DNA of 64,000 nucleotides from the NCBI GenBank assembly GCA_963727825.1, contig CAVSHO010000009.1, positions 736,001 to 800,000 on the forward strand, written 5' to 3'. The DNA is from Ignavibacteriota bacterium (lineage in GTDB: Bacteria; Bacteroidota; Ignavibacteria; UBA10030). How positions within the stretch are numbered: the first letter of the stretch is position 1; the number at the start of each line of letters is the position of its first letter. Under the pieces are notes generated by a model that was given only the letters and a program-made list of their open reading frames with translations, did not search any database and was not told the DNA's origin. Positions 22,121 through 31,460 of this stretch are shown piece after piece. Position numbers and translations under genes: made by a program.

Positions 22121-22140
22121 AATCCCTACTAATGGGGATT
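22121..22140. promoter_or_regulatory. Palindrome, candidate operator for the LuxR fusion protein
   Basis: AATCCCTACTAATGGGGATT (AATCCC-N8-GGGATT) between the regulator and the methyltransferase-feoAB genes. Confidence 0.5.
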
Positions 22141-22226
22141 GTTTACTTTTCCCCTTCCTTTATCTTACCATGGTGATCTTGGGATAAATTAGATGGCTAT
22201 GCAAATATTAAAAGGGGAATAGAACA

Positions 22227-22814
22227 ATGTCTCGGCTATCAAGAGCAGAATTTCAAGCGATGAATAGTCTTCCCAGAAGGCTATTACAAAAACATTATGA
22301 GCTTCCACGCTTAAAACACATGGGTGCTTGTTTCAATGGAAAAGATATTTTAGAAATCGGATGTGGCTCAGGATACGGAGCTATTTTGATACTGAGGGAT
22401 AAACCACTAAGTTATATCGGAATCGATGTAATGGAAGAACAAATAGCGTTAGCGCAAAAGAGAGAAATCCAAGGTGCAGAATTTCGAATTGAAGATGCAA
22501 CAAATATGCAATCCATCGAAGATGCAAGCAAAGATTTAATTGTGATTTTTGGAGCATTGCATCATATACCAGAATGGCCCGTTGCATTATCGGAGTGTCA
22601 TCGGGTTCTTCGATCTGATGGAGAAATATACTTGGAGGAACCTACTGGGAAATTGTTGGAATTATTTGATGGCAGATGGCTGCATTGGTATCATCCCAAG
22701 GAGGGCCACTTCTCACTTCAAGAATTGACTAGAAGCCTAACGAATACATGTTTTAGAACTCTTAACTTGTCATCATTTTTTGGCATCGGTTTTTATAAGG
22801 CACAACGAATATAA
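22227..22814 (+). CDS. Class I SAM-dependent methyltransferase
   Basis: ILEIGCGSG, ALHHIP, RVLRSDG. Confidence 0.88.
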   Translation: MSRLSRAEFQAMNSLPRRLLQKHYELPRLKHMGACFNGKDILEIGCGSGYGAILILRDKPLSYIGIDVMEEQIALAQKREIQGAEFRIEDATNMQSIEDASKDLIVIFGALHHIPEWPVALSECHRVLRSDGEIYLEEPTGKLLELFDGRWLHWYHPKEGHFSLQELTRSLTNTCFRTLNLSSFFGIGFYKAQRI

Positions 22815-22877
22815 GAGAATATTTTTGCCATTATTTCACGAAAACGTATTTTTCACAGAATGTTGGGGTAGGCAGAG

Positions 22878-25169
22878 ATGTTGAAACGCAGAAATCCTAT
22901 TGAGTTACCCGAATCCTTCACCGGAGAATCACATGGGGAAACAACTACATTCCCGGTACTAAGTGATCTCGTACCCGGAACACACAGCGTCGTACGTGGA
23001 TTGCGTGGGGGTCAAAAATTCATTAGCCGAATGGCTGCACTTGGTTTTACGTTGAAAGCCGAGGTAGATATTATCCAGAACCTCGGTCATGCAATCATCG
23101 TCGGTGTGCGCGGAACACAAATCGCACTTGGACGCGGTGAAGCTGCTAAAGTATATGTCAATGTACAGAAGGCAACTACTCAAAATAAACCGGTTGCACC
23201 ACCGGGTACAATCCGAGTAGCACTCACAGGGCAGCCGAACGCAGGCAAGTCCACTCTATTCAATTCATTGACCGGACTTACACAGCATGTTGGCAACTGG
23301 CCAGGCAAAACCATTGAGCAAAAGAGCGGCATCTATCAGCATGGGAATATTACGCTACAATTAGTTGACTTACCTGGAACCTACAGCCTGACAGCCAACT
23401 CGTTAGAAGAGCGGATTACACGAGACTATATTCTGACCGAACAACCGGATGTTGTGGTGGATATAGTAGATGCATCTGCACTTGAACGAAATTTGTACTT
23501 GCTTTCCGAGCTGCTTGCGCTACCAACACCTGTTGTACTGGGACTAAACATGATGGATGTTGCGGAAAAGCATGGTATTAGGATAGAACCTCATGTTCTA
23601 GAAGCTGCTTTGGGTTTGCCGGTTGTACCATTGGTTGCCACGAGAAATCAAGGTATTCAAGAACTTGTCCAGGCGGTCAAACAGGTTGCGCGTCAAAAAC
23701 AAAGCTATTCCCCGCATCGCCCTGAAATCCGTCTCGATCACAAAGCGGTGCTCGTCCAGCTTCGCCAAATCATTGCAGACAAAACACCTGCACCTTATCC
23801 ACCTGATTGGGTAGCGCTCAAGCTTCTTGAAGGAGATGAACAGATCACGCAAATAGTGCGCGAAAGTCTTGGTAATGCTGACTGGGTGCAGGTGCATGAA
23901 ATTCTTAAAGCGCACGAAGATGCCGTGCTGGCCATTGCTGGTGGCAGGTACGAATGGATAGAACGCATGGTGCGTGCAGCCGTAACGCGGCCTCGCGCCG
24001 GACAAATCACGGTGACAGAGCGAGTGGACCGAATTGCAACTCATCCTGTGTGGGGGTTTATGTTACTTCTAGGAATATTAGGATTGATCTTCGGGTTCAC
24101 ATTTGGTGTTGGGGCACCGTTGCAGAGATGGATGAACGAAGACCTGATCCAAACTGGAGCGGCAGCCCTGCGCATGAAACTTTCCGGTGCTCCTTGGTGG
24201 GTTACAGGTCTGTTGACCGATGGCATTATTACAGGGGCAGGAATGGTTTTCACTTTTTTGCCGATTCTTTTAATTTTCTTTACTGCGCTCGGGTTTTTCG
24301 AAGATGTAGGATATATGGCGCGAGCCGCTTATGTTATGGATCGCTTTATGCATTGGATGGGGTTGCATGGTAAATCGTTCTTGCCGCTTTGCATTGGCTG
24401 CGGTTGCAACGTACCGGGCGTATTGTGCACTCGTATTATTGATTCATCCCGTGCTCGATTGTTAACTATTCTGTTAATGCCCCTAGTACCTTGCACAGCT
24501 CGCTTTACGCTACTGGCTGTGCTCACACCTTTATTCTTTGGTCCTGCAGCGGTGTGGGTATCTGTCGGTGTAATAGGATTAAATTTACTTTTATTGATAG
24601 GAATAGGTTATGCTCTCCATGAACTAGTGCTTGGAGGAGAACATGTCGCCTTCATCATGGAGATGCCTCTCTATCATTTGCCGAACATACGCACTATTAG
24701 TTTATCTGTTTGGCAACGCACGTTGGAGTTTTTAAAAAAGGCCGGGGGCATTATCGTTGTCGCCTCTATAGTAATCTGGATTTTTTCAATCCTACCCGAA
24801 GGTAATCTGGAATCAAGTTACTTAGCGAATATCGGAAGATTCCTTGCTCCATTCGGGTCATTGATGGGTTTAGATTGGCATATGATAGTAGCGCTACTAT
24901 CCAGCGTAGTCGCCAAAGAAAATACAATTGTGACATTGGGAATTCTCTATCATGGAACTGGCTTGAATGCTCTTGGCGCTATTATAACACCTGCGGCAGC
25001 TTTAGCTTTCCTGGTCATTCAGGTGACATTTATCCCGTGTGTGGCAACCATAACAGCGATACGTCAAGAGACGCGCTCGTGGCGTTGGACGGTATTCATC
25101 GTATCACTTTTACTTGTTATATCGTTGATGACAGGTGTGTTGGTATACCAGATAGGACGCTTGCTATAA
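22878..25169 (+). CDS. feoB: FeoA-FeoB fusion ferrous iron transporter
   Basis: N-terminal FeoA (RMAALGF...VRGTQIALGRGEA); G1 GQPNAGKS, VGNWPGKT, DLPG, NMMD; gate motifs GCNVP, PCTAR, FIMEMP, PCVAT. Confidence 0.93.
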   Translation: MLKRRNPIELPESFTGESHGETTTFPVLSDLVPGTHSVVRGLRGGQKFISRMAALGFTLKAEVDIIQNLGHAIIVGVRGTQIALGRGEAAKVYVNVQKATTQNKPVAPPGTIRVALTGQPNAGKSTLFNSLTGLTQHVGNWPGKTIEQKSGIYQHGNITLQLVDLPGTYSLTANSLEERITRDYILTEQPDVVVDIVDASALERNLYLLSELLALPTPVVLGLNMMDVAEKHGIRIEPHVLEAALGLPVVPLVATRNQGIQELVQAVKQVARQKQSYSPHRPEIRLDHKAVLVQLRQIIADKTPAPYPPDWVALKLLEGDEQITQIVRESLGNADWVQVHEILKAHEDAVLAIAGGRYEWIERMVRAAVTRPRAGQITVTERVDRIATHPVWGFMLLLGILGLIFGFTFGVGAPLQRWMNEDLIQTGAAALRMKLSGAPWWVTGLLTDGIITGAGMVFTFLPILLIFFTALGFFEDVGYMARAAYVMDRFMHWMGLHGKSFLPLCIGCGCNVPGVLCTRIIDSSRARLLTILLMPLVPCTARFTLLAVLTPLFFGPAAVWVSVGVIGLNLLLLIGIGYALHELVLGGEHVAFIMEMPLYHLPNIRTISLSVWQRTLEFLKKAGGIIVVASIVIWIFSILPEGNLESSYLANIGRFLAPFGSLMGLDWHMIVALLSSVVAKENTIVTLGILYHGTGLNALGAIITPAAALAFLVIQVTFIPCVATITAIRQETRSWRWTVFIVSLLLVISLMTGVLVYQIGRLL

Positions 25170-25372
25170 AATTGATCCTTCGAGAATGATTGTTGCTTTA
25201 GCTTTTAAACTTACGGCTAAAGCCAGTGGTGGGAGCAGTGAATATCCTCTCGAACAATTTGCTGATAGATTCTTTTTCGAAGCCCCACCATCAAATTCAG
25301 TATGCTATATTTCAAATCCTGCCTCAATTAGAACTGTACGAAGTTCATCTTCCATCGCAGCGTAAGCAACTC

Positions 25373-26095
25373 CTAATGAGGGATCTCGCTCAGTGATCTC
25401 GCAAAGAAATTACTAAGCAGACACTGTTCTGCATTTTTGCAATTTTGAAATTCACAAAGCTCGTTTCCGTATAAGACTAGAAAGCGGCTACAAGTACGAG
25501 ACGCAAATTCGACATCATGAGTCGCAATAACAATTGAAGATGCAACAGAGCGCAACAGATTTGCCAGTGACAATTTTCCGCGTGGGTCAAGCGCCGATGA
25601 CGGTTCATCAAGCAGCATCACCGAAGGATTGGTGACCAACGCACCTGCTAGTGCGATTCGCTGGCGCTGACCGTGGGAAAGTTGAAATGGTGAACACCCT
25701 GCGATGTCCGATACGCCCAATGCCGCAAGCACAGACATGGCTTTTTCATGCGCTATTTTCGACGGTGTTCCTTTACGAATCAGGCTATATGCAACGTCAT
25801 CAATTACACGGGGAAACAGAATTTGATCTTCGGGAATATTGAAAAGGAACCCTGTCCGGTCACGTGCTTCCTGAAGGCTCTTTTTTTCAATAGGAATCCC
25901 ATCGATGAAAATAGACCCGGTGAAGGGCACCAGCCCTACTGCAGCGAGCAGTAATGTCGTTTTCCCTGACCCGTTGAGACCGAATAACGCCACTCTTTCA
26001 TCGTGATGAACATGAAAGGAAACATTGCTGATAGTATTCTTAGAATTTCCAGGATATCGGATGGTCACTGATTTAAATTCAAGTACTGGGTTCAT
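25373..26095 (-). CDS. ECF transporter ATPase (EcfA/CbiO-like)
   Basis: GLNGSGKT, PEDQIL, LSHGQRQR, LLDEPSSALDP. Confidence 0.9.
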   Translation of the reverse strand: MNPVLEFKSVTIRYPGNSKNTISNVSFHVHHDERVALFGLNGSGKTTLLLAAVGLVPFTGSIFIDGIPIEKKSLQEARDRTGFLFNIPEDQILFPRVIDDVAYSLIRKGTPSKIAHEKAMSVLAALGVSDIAGCSPFQLSHGQRQRIALAGALVTNPSVMLLDEPSSALDPRGKLSLANLLRSVASSIVIATHDVEFASRTCSRFLVLYGNELCEFQNCKNAEQCLLSNFFARSLSEIPH

Positions 26096-26847
26096 GCTAT
26101 AATTCTCAACCTCATAAGAATAGATGCTATGAGAACAACAGAAGCACAGATGATCGTCAGTACGTCGGCAATCGTCAATTTAATATTCTCACCTGAAGTT
26201 ACTGCCTCAACTCCATACCCTCGAACTGTCATTGCCGCTGCGGTTCGTTCTGCACGAAACATAATTCTCACCATCCACACAATTGGAAAAGAAAACAGAA
26301 CCCTTGTGCCTCGTACTCCTGATGCGCCTCTCAATCGAAGCACACCGATAATGCGCAACGTTTCTTCCATTAGAAGCATGGTTTGATTGATTAGCTGGAC
26401 TATTAAGATAATAAATGTCCTGGGAATTGGAATGTTTGCGAACCCCCGATGCACGTCTTGAATTGCAAGAATAGTAATCGTCGATGCGGCAATAAAAAGA
26501 ACGCATGTGCTGCGAAGTGCAATAGCTCCTGCCTGTGCAAAGCGGTCAACCATCGGTGCTGTCATAGACGAATCAACTGTCATCCAGGGGGTCAATAAAA
26601 AAAAGGGAAAGAAAAGAATGAGAGAGACAATAATACATCGGAAAAACATTTTTACCGGCATTGCCGCTAGCAAACACCAGCAGGTTGTGGAAATGATCAT
26701 GAGGGCTATACCAGTTATAGATTGCAACGGAATCAGTAAACAGCTACTGCCAAGCAGAATTCCCGAAAGAATTTTAATATGCGCGTACAGAGATTTCAGA
26801 GGACCCTTTCCACACCCCCAGAATGTAAAACCATCTTTCATAATCAA
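26092..26847 (-). CDS. ECF transporter T component (EcfT/CbiQ-like)
   Basis: Hydrophobic, with two Arg-Gly coupling motifs (LRLRG, MTVRG); coupled to the ATPase. Confidence 0.85.
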   Translation of the reverse strand: MIMKDGFTFWGCGKGPLKSLYAHIKILSGILLGSSCLLIPLQSITGIALMIISTTCWCLLAAMPVKMFFRCIIVSLILFFPFFLLTPWMTVDSSMTAPMVDRFAQAGAIALRSTCVLFIAASTITILAIQDVHRGFANIPIPRTFIILIVQLINQTMLLMEETLRIIGVLRLRGASGVRGTRVLFSFPIVWMVRIMFRAERTAAAMTVRGYGVEAVTSGENIKLTIADVLTIICASVVLIASILMRLRIIA

Positions 26848-27464
26848 ACCTTACGCGCTGATATTAGATATCCTGAATCATCGTCCAGTGTTTCTTCGAT
26901 GATAAAGCCGGATTGTTCAAGTAACACTGCAGTTAGAGATGCCGGTACTAGCATATGATTACTTATGACCTTGGAAGCTCCTGCGTGAGTCTTGTTTATT
27001 GTTTCACGTGATCTCAAATGCCAGATATGGAGTTTGCCGCTGGGTTTGAGCATACTCTGGAATAATTTTGCCGCTATTCCAGAATTTTCCAAGTGTGGCC
27101 AGACCGAATAGCAGATCACTCTATCAAATACATTTTTAAATGTAGTCATGTTCTCGACCGAATCACATACCCATTTAACGCGCAAATCATTTATTTTCGT
27201 TTGTGCAATTTCGATCATCCGGCTGGATATATCAACGGCAGTAATTCTGCCTGCTTGTGATAATTGACAAAGAATTGCAGCTGTTAAATTCCCGGTACCA
27301 CAGCCGACATCGAGTACATGCTCATCGGGACGAAGACCAAATCGCTTGAGTCCATTATCAAATTGAACTTCAAGCGAATTAAGATTTTCCCATGAATCCC
27401 ATTTCGGAGCGATAGAATCAAAATATGCGGCAATTGTTTGTTTAGAACTATCACACATCTTCAT
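26844..27464 (-). CDS. Class I SAM-dependent methyltransferase inside the ECF operon
   Basis: YFDSIAPKWD, VLDVGCGTG, VDISSRM, YSVWPH; overlaps both neighbours. Confidence 0.88.
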   Translation of the reverse strand: MKMCDSSKQTIAAYFDSIAPKWDSWENLNSLEVQFDNGLKRFGLRPDEHVLDVGCGTGNLTAAILCQLSQAGRITAVDISSRMIEIAQTKINDLRVKWVCDSVENMTTFKNVFDRVICYSVWPHLENSGIAAKLFQSMLKPSGKLHIWHLRSRETINKTHAGASKVISNHMLVPASLTAVLLEQSGFIIEETLDDDSGYLISARKV

Positions 27465-27984
27465 TTCCTGTTTGTATATTTGAATGGCCTACCGTACGAG
27501 AAATTCGAATGATTGCTGGAATAGCTACTATCATTAGAATGATTCCGGGCCATCCACTAAGAAGTGATACTCCGGCTATAAACTTAGCTGGCAATTTCAT
27601 GAGTAACGCCATAAGATAAATCAATCCTACGCCAATACATCTACCGACAAGTAGAATTGGAATAAAAATAATCAGCTCGTGAAGTTTTGGGAATAAAACG
27701 CGAACATAGGCGATGATTCCGCACATTGTTGCGAGTTCAATGCTCATAATAAATGCTATCGGAGGATAAAACGGCGGCATGCCGGTGATTGCACCGGAAA
27801 GCAGCGGCAACAGAAGCGCAGTCAGCATGGCAGGTATCGGCCCAACAAAAAAGGAAAGCGTCACCAAAGGTAAATACATAGGCATAAACATCGATCCAAT
27901 GTGAAAAACATGAAATATCACCGGCAGTAGCATCGCGGCCGCCCCGAAGACCGCACAATAAGCAATATCGCGTGGTTTAAGCAT
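27451..27984 (-). CDS. ECF transporter S component (vitamin-type, not NikM/CbiM)
   Basis: 177 aa, about 6 TM segments, GSMFMPMYLP, LSGAITGMPP, GWPGIIL; no N-terminal MH motif. Confidence 0.78.
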   Translation of the reverse strand: MLKPRDIAYCAVFGAAAMLLPVIFHVFHIGSMFMPMYLPLVTLSFFVGPIPAMLTALLLPLLSGAITGMPPFYPPIAFIMSIELATMCGIIAYVRVLFPKLHELIIFIPILLVGRCIGVGLIYLMALLMKLPAKFIAGVSLLSGWPGIILMIVAIPAIIRISRTVGHSNIQTGNEDV

Positions 27985-28090
27985 GGTTATTCCTTAAATG
28001 TCAGGCCGGTAAGAATGTCGGACTAAACATCAGATAATATAAAACAGATTCCTCACAATAAATAATATGACTTGATCTCGGCCCCTCTCA

Positions 28091-29917
28091 CTAGAGAGAC
28101 GCCCGCATTCCAACATTCACGGTTCTTCCCGGCATTGGATAACCGTAGATTGTTTGGTACGATTCATTTAAAACATTACGGCTTCCGATAGAAAGAGAAA
28201 TCTTTTCTGTTACTTGAGCTGCTACTCGAATTTCCATGTTTGTATAATCGGGTAATTGTTTCAAAGTATAGTCTGTTTCATCGGTTCCATAAATCGTATT
28301 GACATATTGTGCTGAGAGCAAAAAGGTTAATACATTCCAGCGGTATTCTCCGCCGAGATATGCTTTGTGTTTCGGTACGGCTTGGGCAACGTCGGGTTTA
28401 TCTGCAAAGGAATAATTTGCATTGATGGTAAAGTTATAAAAAGGAAGCAATTGTGCGGAGCATTCCACTCCGTCACGATGAAATCCGCCTGTGTTCCATG
28501 ATTTCATTCCGTACCAACTATCGACAATAGTGTTTTGTGCATCAATAAGATAACCGGCAATATCAATTGATGCATAATGGCTAAATACGTGAGAGATTCC
28601 GATTTCATAATTCCATAGGTTTTCCGGCTGTAATGTTCCATCCCTTGGAGTCAATTGATAGATTTCAAAAATCTGAGGTGCACGGTATCCTCGTCCAACC
28701 GATGCGCGGATGTTTGTTTCTTCTGTAAGTTTATATGTGATACCTGCCTGCGGTACGGCAATATCTCCAAAGTACGTATTATATGTATATCGAATACCGG
28801 CATTTGCCAGTAACCGATCACAGAATATCTGCTGCACGCTGATATATCCGGCATAATCTTCAATCGTATGCGTTCCCAAATCACCATATGCGTTCGATCC
28901 GTGTCCGCCGTTTTGTTGTACATCAATACCTGCACTAATTGTACTGCCGGTAGATAATTTAAATGATTGATAAGCTGTTGCAATAATCTGATGGTCGTCG
29001 GAAGTCCAACCTGCGTTATAAACCGGATCGAGTTCATTATGCCCTAAATTATACACAATATTAATACCGCCTTTTGATACCCAAAATCATTTTCAACGGA
29101 TGCACCAATATATCCACGCTGAATGTGCATCCAATCATTAGTATCAGGTTGTGTAATTTGTCCTGGATCAAATGTATTAAATTGAGTATAGCTTCCATCT
29201 ACAGAGAACCTATATTGTTCATTCAATTGATATGAAGTTTTAAGATAACCGCTGTTGGCAGTATATTCCGACCAAGGCCGTGAACCGTCGGTATGTTCAT
29301 GCGTAAAGGAACCTAATATATTCCAATTGTTTTCTTGATATCCAAGATGCAAGCCATATTGTTGTGCATCATCAGTGCCATATGAAATAGAGGCATTACC
29401 CAACATTCCATCTTGCTGCGTTCTATGAGTAATAATGTTAATTACACCGCCCATTGCATTGGAGCCGTACAACATCGATGCCGGACCGCGAATGACTTCA
29501 ATCCGTTCAGTATTCGTCGAGAGATAACTGTCGTTAATCGGATGTCCATACCATCCCATATATTGCGGGCGGCCATCAATGAGCGTGAGTACTTCGTTGT
29601 TAGGACTTCCGCCGATTCCCCGGATATTGATCTGACCGGAGGGCGAGTTCACACCAAATCCAAGAACATCCCGCTCAGCAATAAACACGCCAGGTACTTC
29701 TTGACTGATGAGTGAAAAAATAGATTTTTCTGGATTAGCACTTATTACATCGGCTGAAATGACGCTGATCGACGGCGATACCAAACTGCGAGAAGTTTCC
29801 GTCTTTGTTGCCGTTACTGTTACCGGATTTAGAATTGTACATCCGTGTCGTATCTATCTGCGCAAAGAGGATTATAGGAATAAATAATAAATAAATTATG
29901 CGAATAATTGTTTTCAT
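28091..29917 (-). CDS. TonB-dependent receptor split by two single-base frameshifts (about 29834 and 29081)
   Basis: Repaired reading: signal peptide, NPVTVTATK TonB box, plug (INIRG, LIDGRP, ERIEVIRGPASMLYGSNAMGGVINIIT), barrel ending YPMPGRTVNVGMRASL; 608 aa after repair. Confidence 0.88.
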
Positions 29918-29929
29918 AATGCTGATTCC

Positions 29930-29986
29930 TTTCTTTGTAATCTGAGATATTTCGTTAATATGTTTAGTAGACCGATTACAAAGAAA
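29930..29986 (-). promoter_or_regulatory. Leader hairpin overlapping the receptor ribosome-binding site
   Basis: 13-bp perfect inverted repeat TTTCTTTGTAATC/GATTACAAAGAAA; the 3' arm on the mRNA runs into AAGAAAGGA, 12 nt before the ATG. Confidence 0.5.
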
Positions 29987-30054
29987 CGGAGTGATAGGAA
30001 GTCCAAATAATAGTATTTACACCTATCATGATAGAACGTGCAAATTGATAAGGA

Positions 30055-30483
30055 TTATTTCCCATGATGATGACCTTGCAATGCCATTGTCAGCGTAAGC
30101 TTTCCATGTTTCACACCTTTGAAGCTTATAAGTTTTTCTGCGATGGTTTTTAGTACTACAGCTTTTCCTTTTAGCAGGACGACCTCCATGCAATGATCAT
30201 GATCAACGTGGACATGAGATGTCGATATAATATTCTCATAATAATCATGCTGAAGATTGGACAGAGATTTTTCCAGTTCCCGCTTATGGTGATCATATAT
30301 AAAAACCAATGCACCATAGACGATACCGTCGGGCGTTTTCACGCTTTCTTCAACAAGCGCATCACGCACAATATCGCGGACTGCTTCTGATCTGTTTGTA
30401 TATCCTTTTTGCTCAATGAGGCAATCGAATTGGTGGAGTAAATCCTCCTCCATCGACACGCTAAATCGGACAAGTTGTTCCAT
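30055..30483 (-). CDS. nikR: Nickel-responsive regulator NikR
   Basis: RHH N-terminus RFSVSM...YTNRSEAVRD; YDHH; HVHVDHDHCME; GVKHGKL. Confidence 0.96.
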   Translation of the reverse strand: MEQLVRFSVSMEEDLLHQFDCLIEQKGYTNRSEAVRDIVRDALVEESVKTPDGIVYGALVFIYDHHKRELEKSLSNLQHDYYENIISTSHVHVDHDHCMEVVLLKGKAVVLKTIAEKLISFKGVKHGKLTLTMALQGHHHGK

Positions 30484-30493
30484 GACATTCTCC

Positions 30494-30520
30494 GTGTTAC
30501 AATTATAATAATTGTAACAC
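30494..30520. promoter_or_regulatory. Putative NikR operator
   Basis: GTGTTACAATTAT-A-ATAATTGTAACAC, perfect 13-bp arms, 10 nt upstream of the nikR ATG. Confidence 0.8.
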
Positions 30521-30539
30521 TTTTTGGGGAAGAAATCAA
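30511..30539 (-). promoter_or_regulatory. sigma70 promoter of nikR, overlapped by the operator
   Basis: Minus strand TTGATT-N17-TACAAT with an extended -10 TG. Confidence 0.65.
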
Positions 30540-30707
30540 GATGCGTTTTTGTGTTTGTTTATATTGAGAGGAACTTAGTCCGACATCTCCACAGTGCAGT
30601 TCAAATTCAATGAAGTTTTTTTGCACAAACAGATATTGCAATGCATGAATGTGTTAAGCTCGTGAATAGTGTGATTCATGAGGCATAAAAGAGCGTGAAA
30701 ACCGGGC

Positions 30708-31460
30708 TTACTTGTCAGAAGGAAGTAATGAAATAATTTTAAACGCTGCTGCTGCCGCTCCAACACCATTATCGATATTGACAACCGAAACGCCCGGAGC
30801 GCAACTCGTTAGCATCGCAAAGAGCGCAGTGAACCCCGAAAGCGCAGTGCCATACCCGACGCTTGTTGGAATTGCAATGATTGGCTGCGGATAAAGTCCT
30901 GCGATGACGCTTGGGAGCGCGCCTTCCATCCCGGCTGCAACAATAAGGACATCACAATCACGCAGCTTCATATCGTTTGCAAACAGACGATGAATTCCAG
31001 CAACACCCACATCAAAAACTCTTTGAACTTCTACACCGAGACTTTCTAAAACAAGTGCCGCTTCTTCGCACGCTGTAATATCAGTGGTTCCGGCGGAAAC
31101 AATACCAATTCGTCTCCCGGAAACTTGCGGCAGCGGTTTCCCGATACGGAAGGAACGCGCATCTTTTAAAAACAATCCCTGTGGAAAAGCTTTTCTTAAT
31201 TGCGGGAAAAATTCCTTCGGGCAGCGTGTACCAATCACAAGTTTTTGTTTTGCATAAAGCGCTTTTGAAATTGCAATAATGCGCTCAACTGATTTATTTT
31301 CACAGTAAATCACCTCAGGAATCGAAGTTCGATCGCGGCGTGACATATCGAGCTTTGCATATTCTTCAATAGCGTGCAACGATGATGAATGAAGTTGTGC
31401 TTTGTTGTGAGTGAATTTACGATTTTGATGGATTGCTGAACGGGACTTTCTATTTTGCAT
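30708..31460 (-). CDS. larB: Nickel-pincer cofactor biosynthesis protein LarB
   Basis: PEVIYCENK, SAGTTD, DVGVAGIHRL, AGMEGALPSV, PTSVGYG, VNIDNG; ATG at 31460 overlaps the larE end. Confidence 0.92.
   Translation of the reverse strand: MQNRKSRSAIHQNRKFTHNKAQLHSSSLHAIEEYAKLDMSRRDRTSIPEVIYCENKSVERIIAISKALYAKQKLVIGTRCPKEFFPQLRKAFPQGLFLKDARSFRIGKPLPQVSGRRIGIVSAGTTDITACEEAALVLESLGVEVQRVFDVGVAGIHRLFANDMKLRDCDVLIVAAGMEGALPSVIAGLYPQPIIAIPTSVGYGTALSGFTALFAMLTSCAPGVSVVNIDNGVGAAAAAFKIISLLPSDK

Noticed and set aside
25200-25372. REP-like GGCTAAAGCC between feoB and the ECF ATPase
   Set aside because: A single short palindrome with no other copy noticed.
28091-29917. Three separate genes, or programmed frameshifting in the TonB receptor
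   Set aside because: The pieces join into one receptor with two single-base fixes; there is no slippery heptamer, and similar indels occur elsewhere.
29918-30054. Cobalamin or NiCo riboswitch before the receptor
   Set aside because: No B12 box or multi-way junction consensus was recognised; only simple stems are present.
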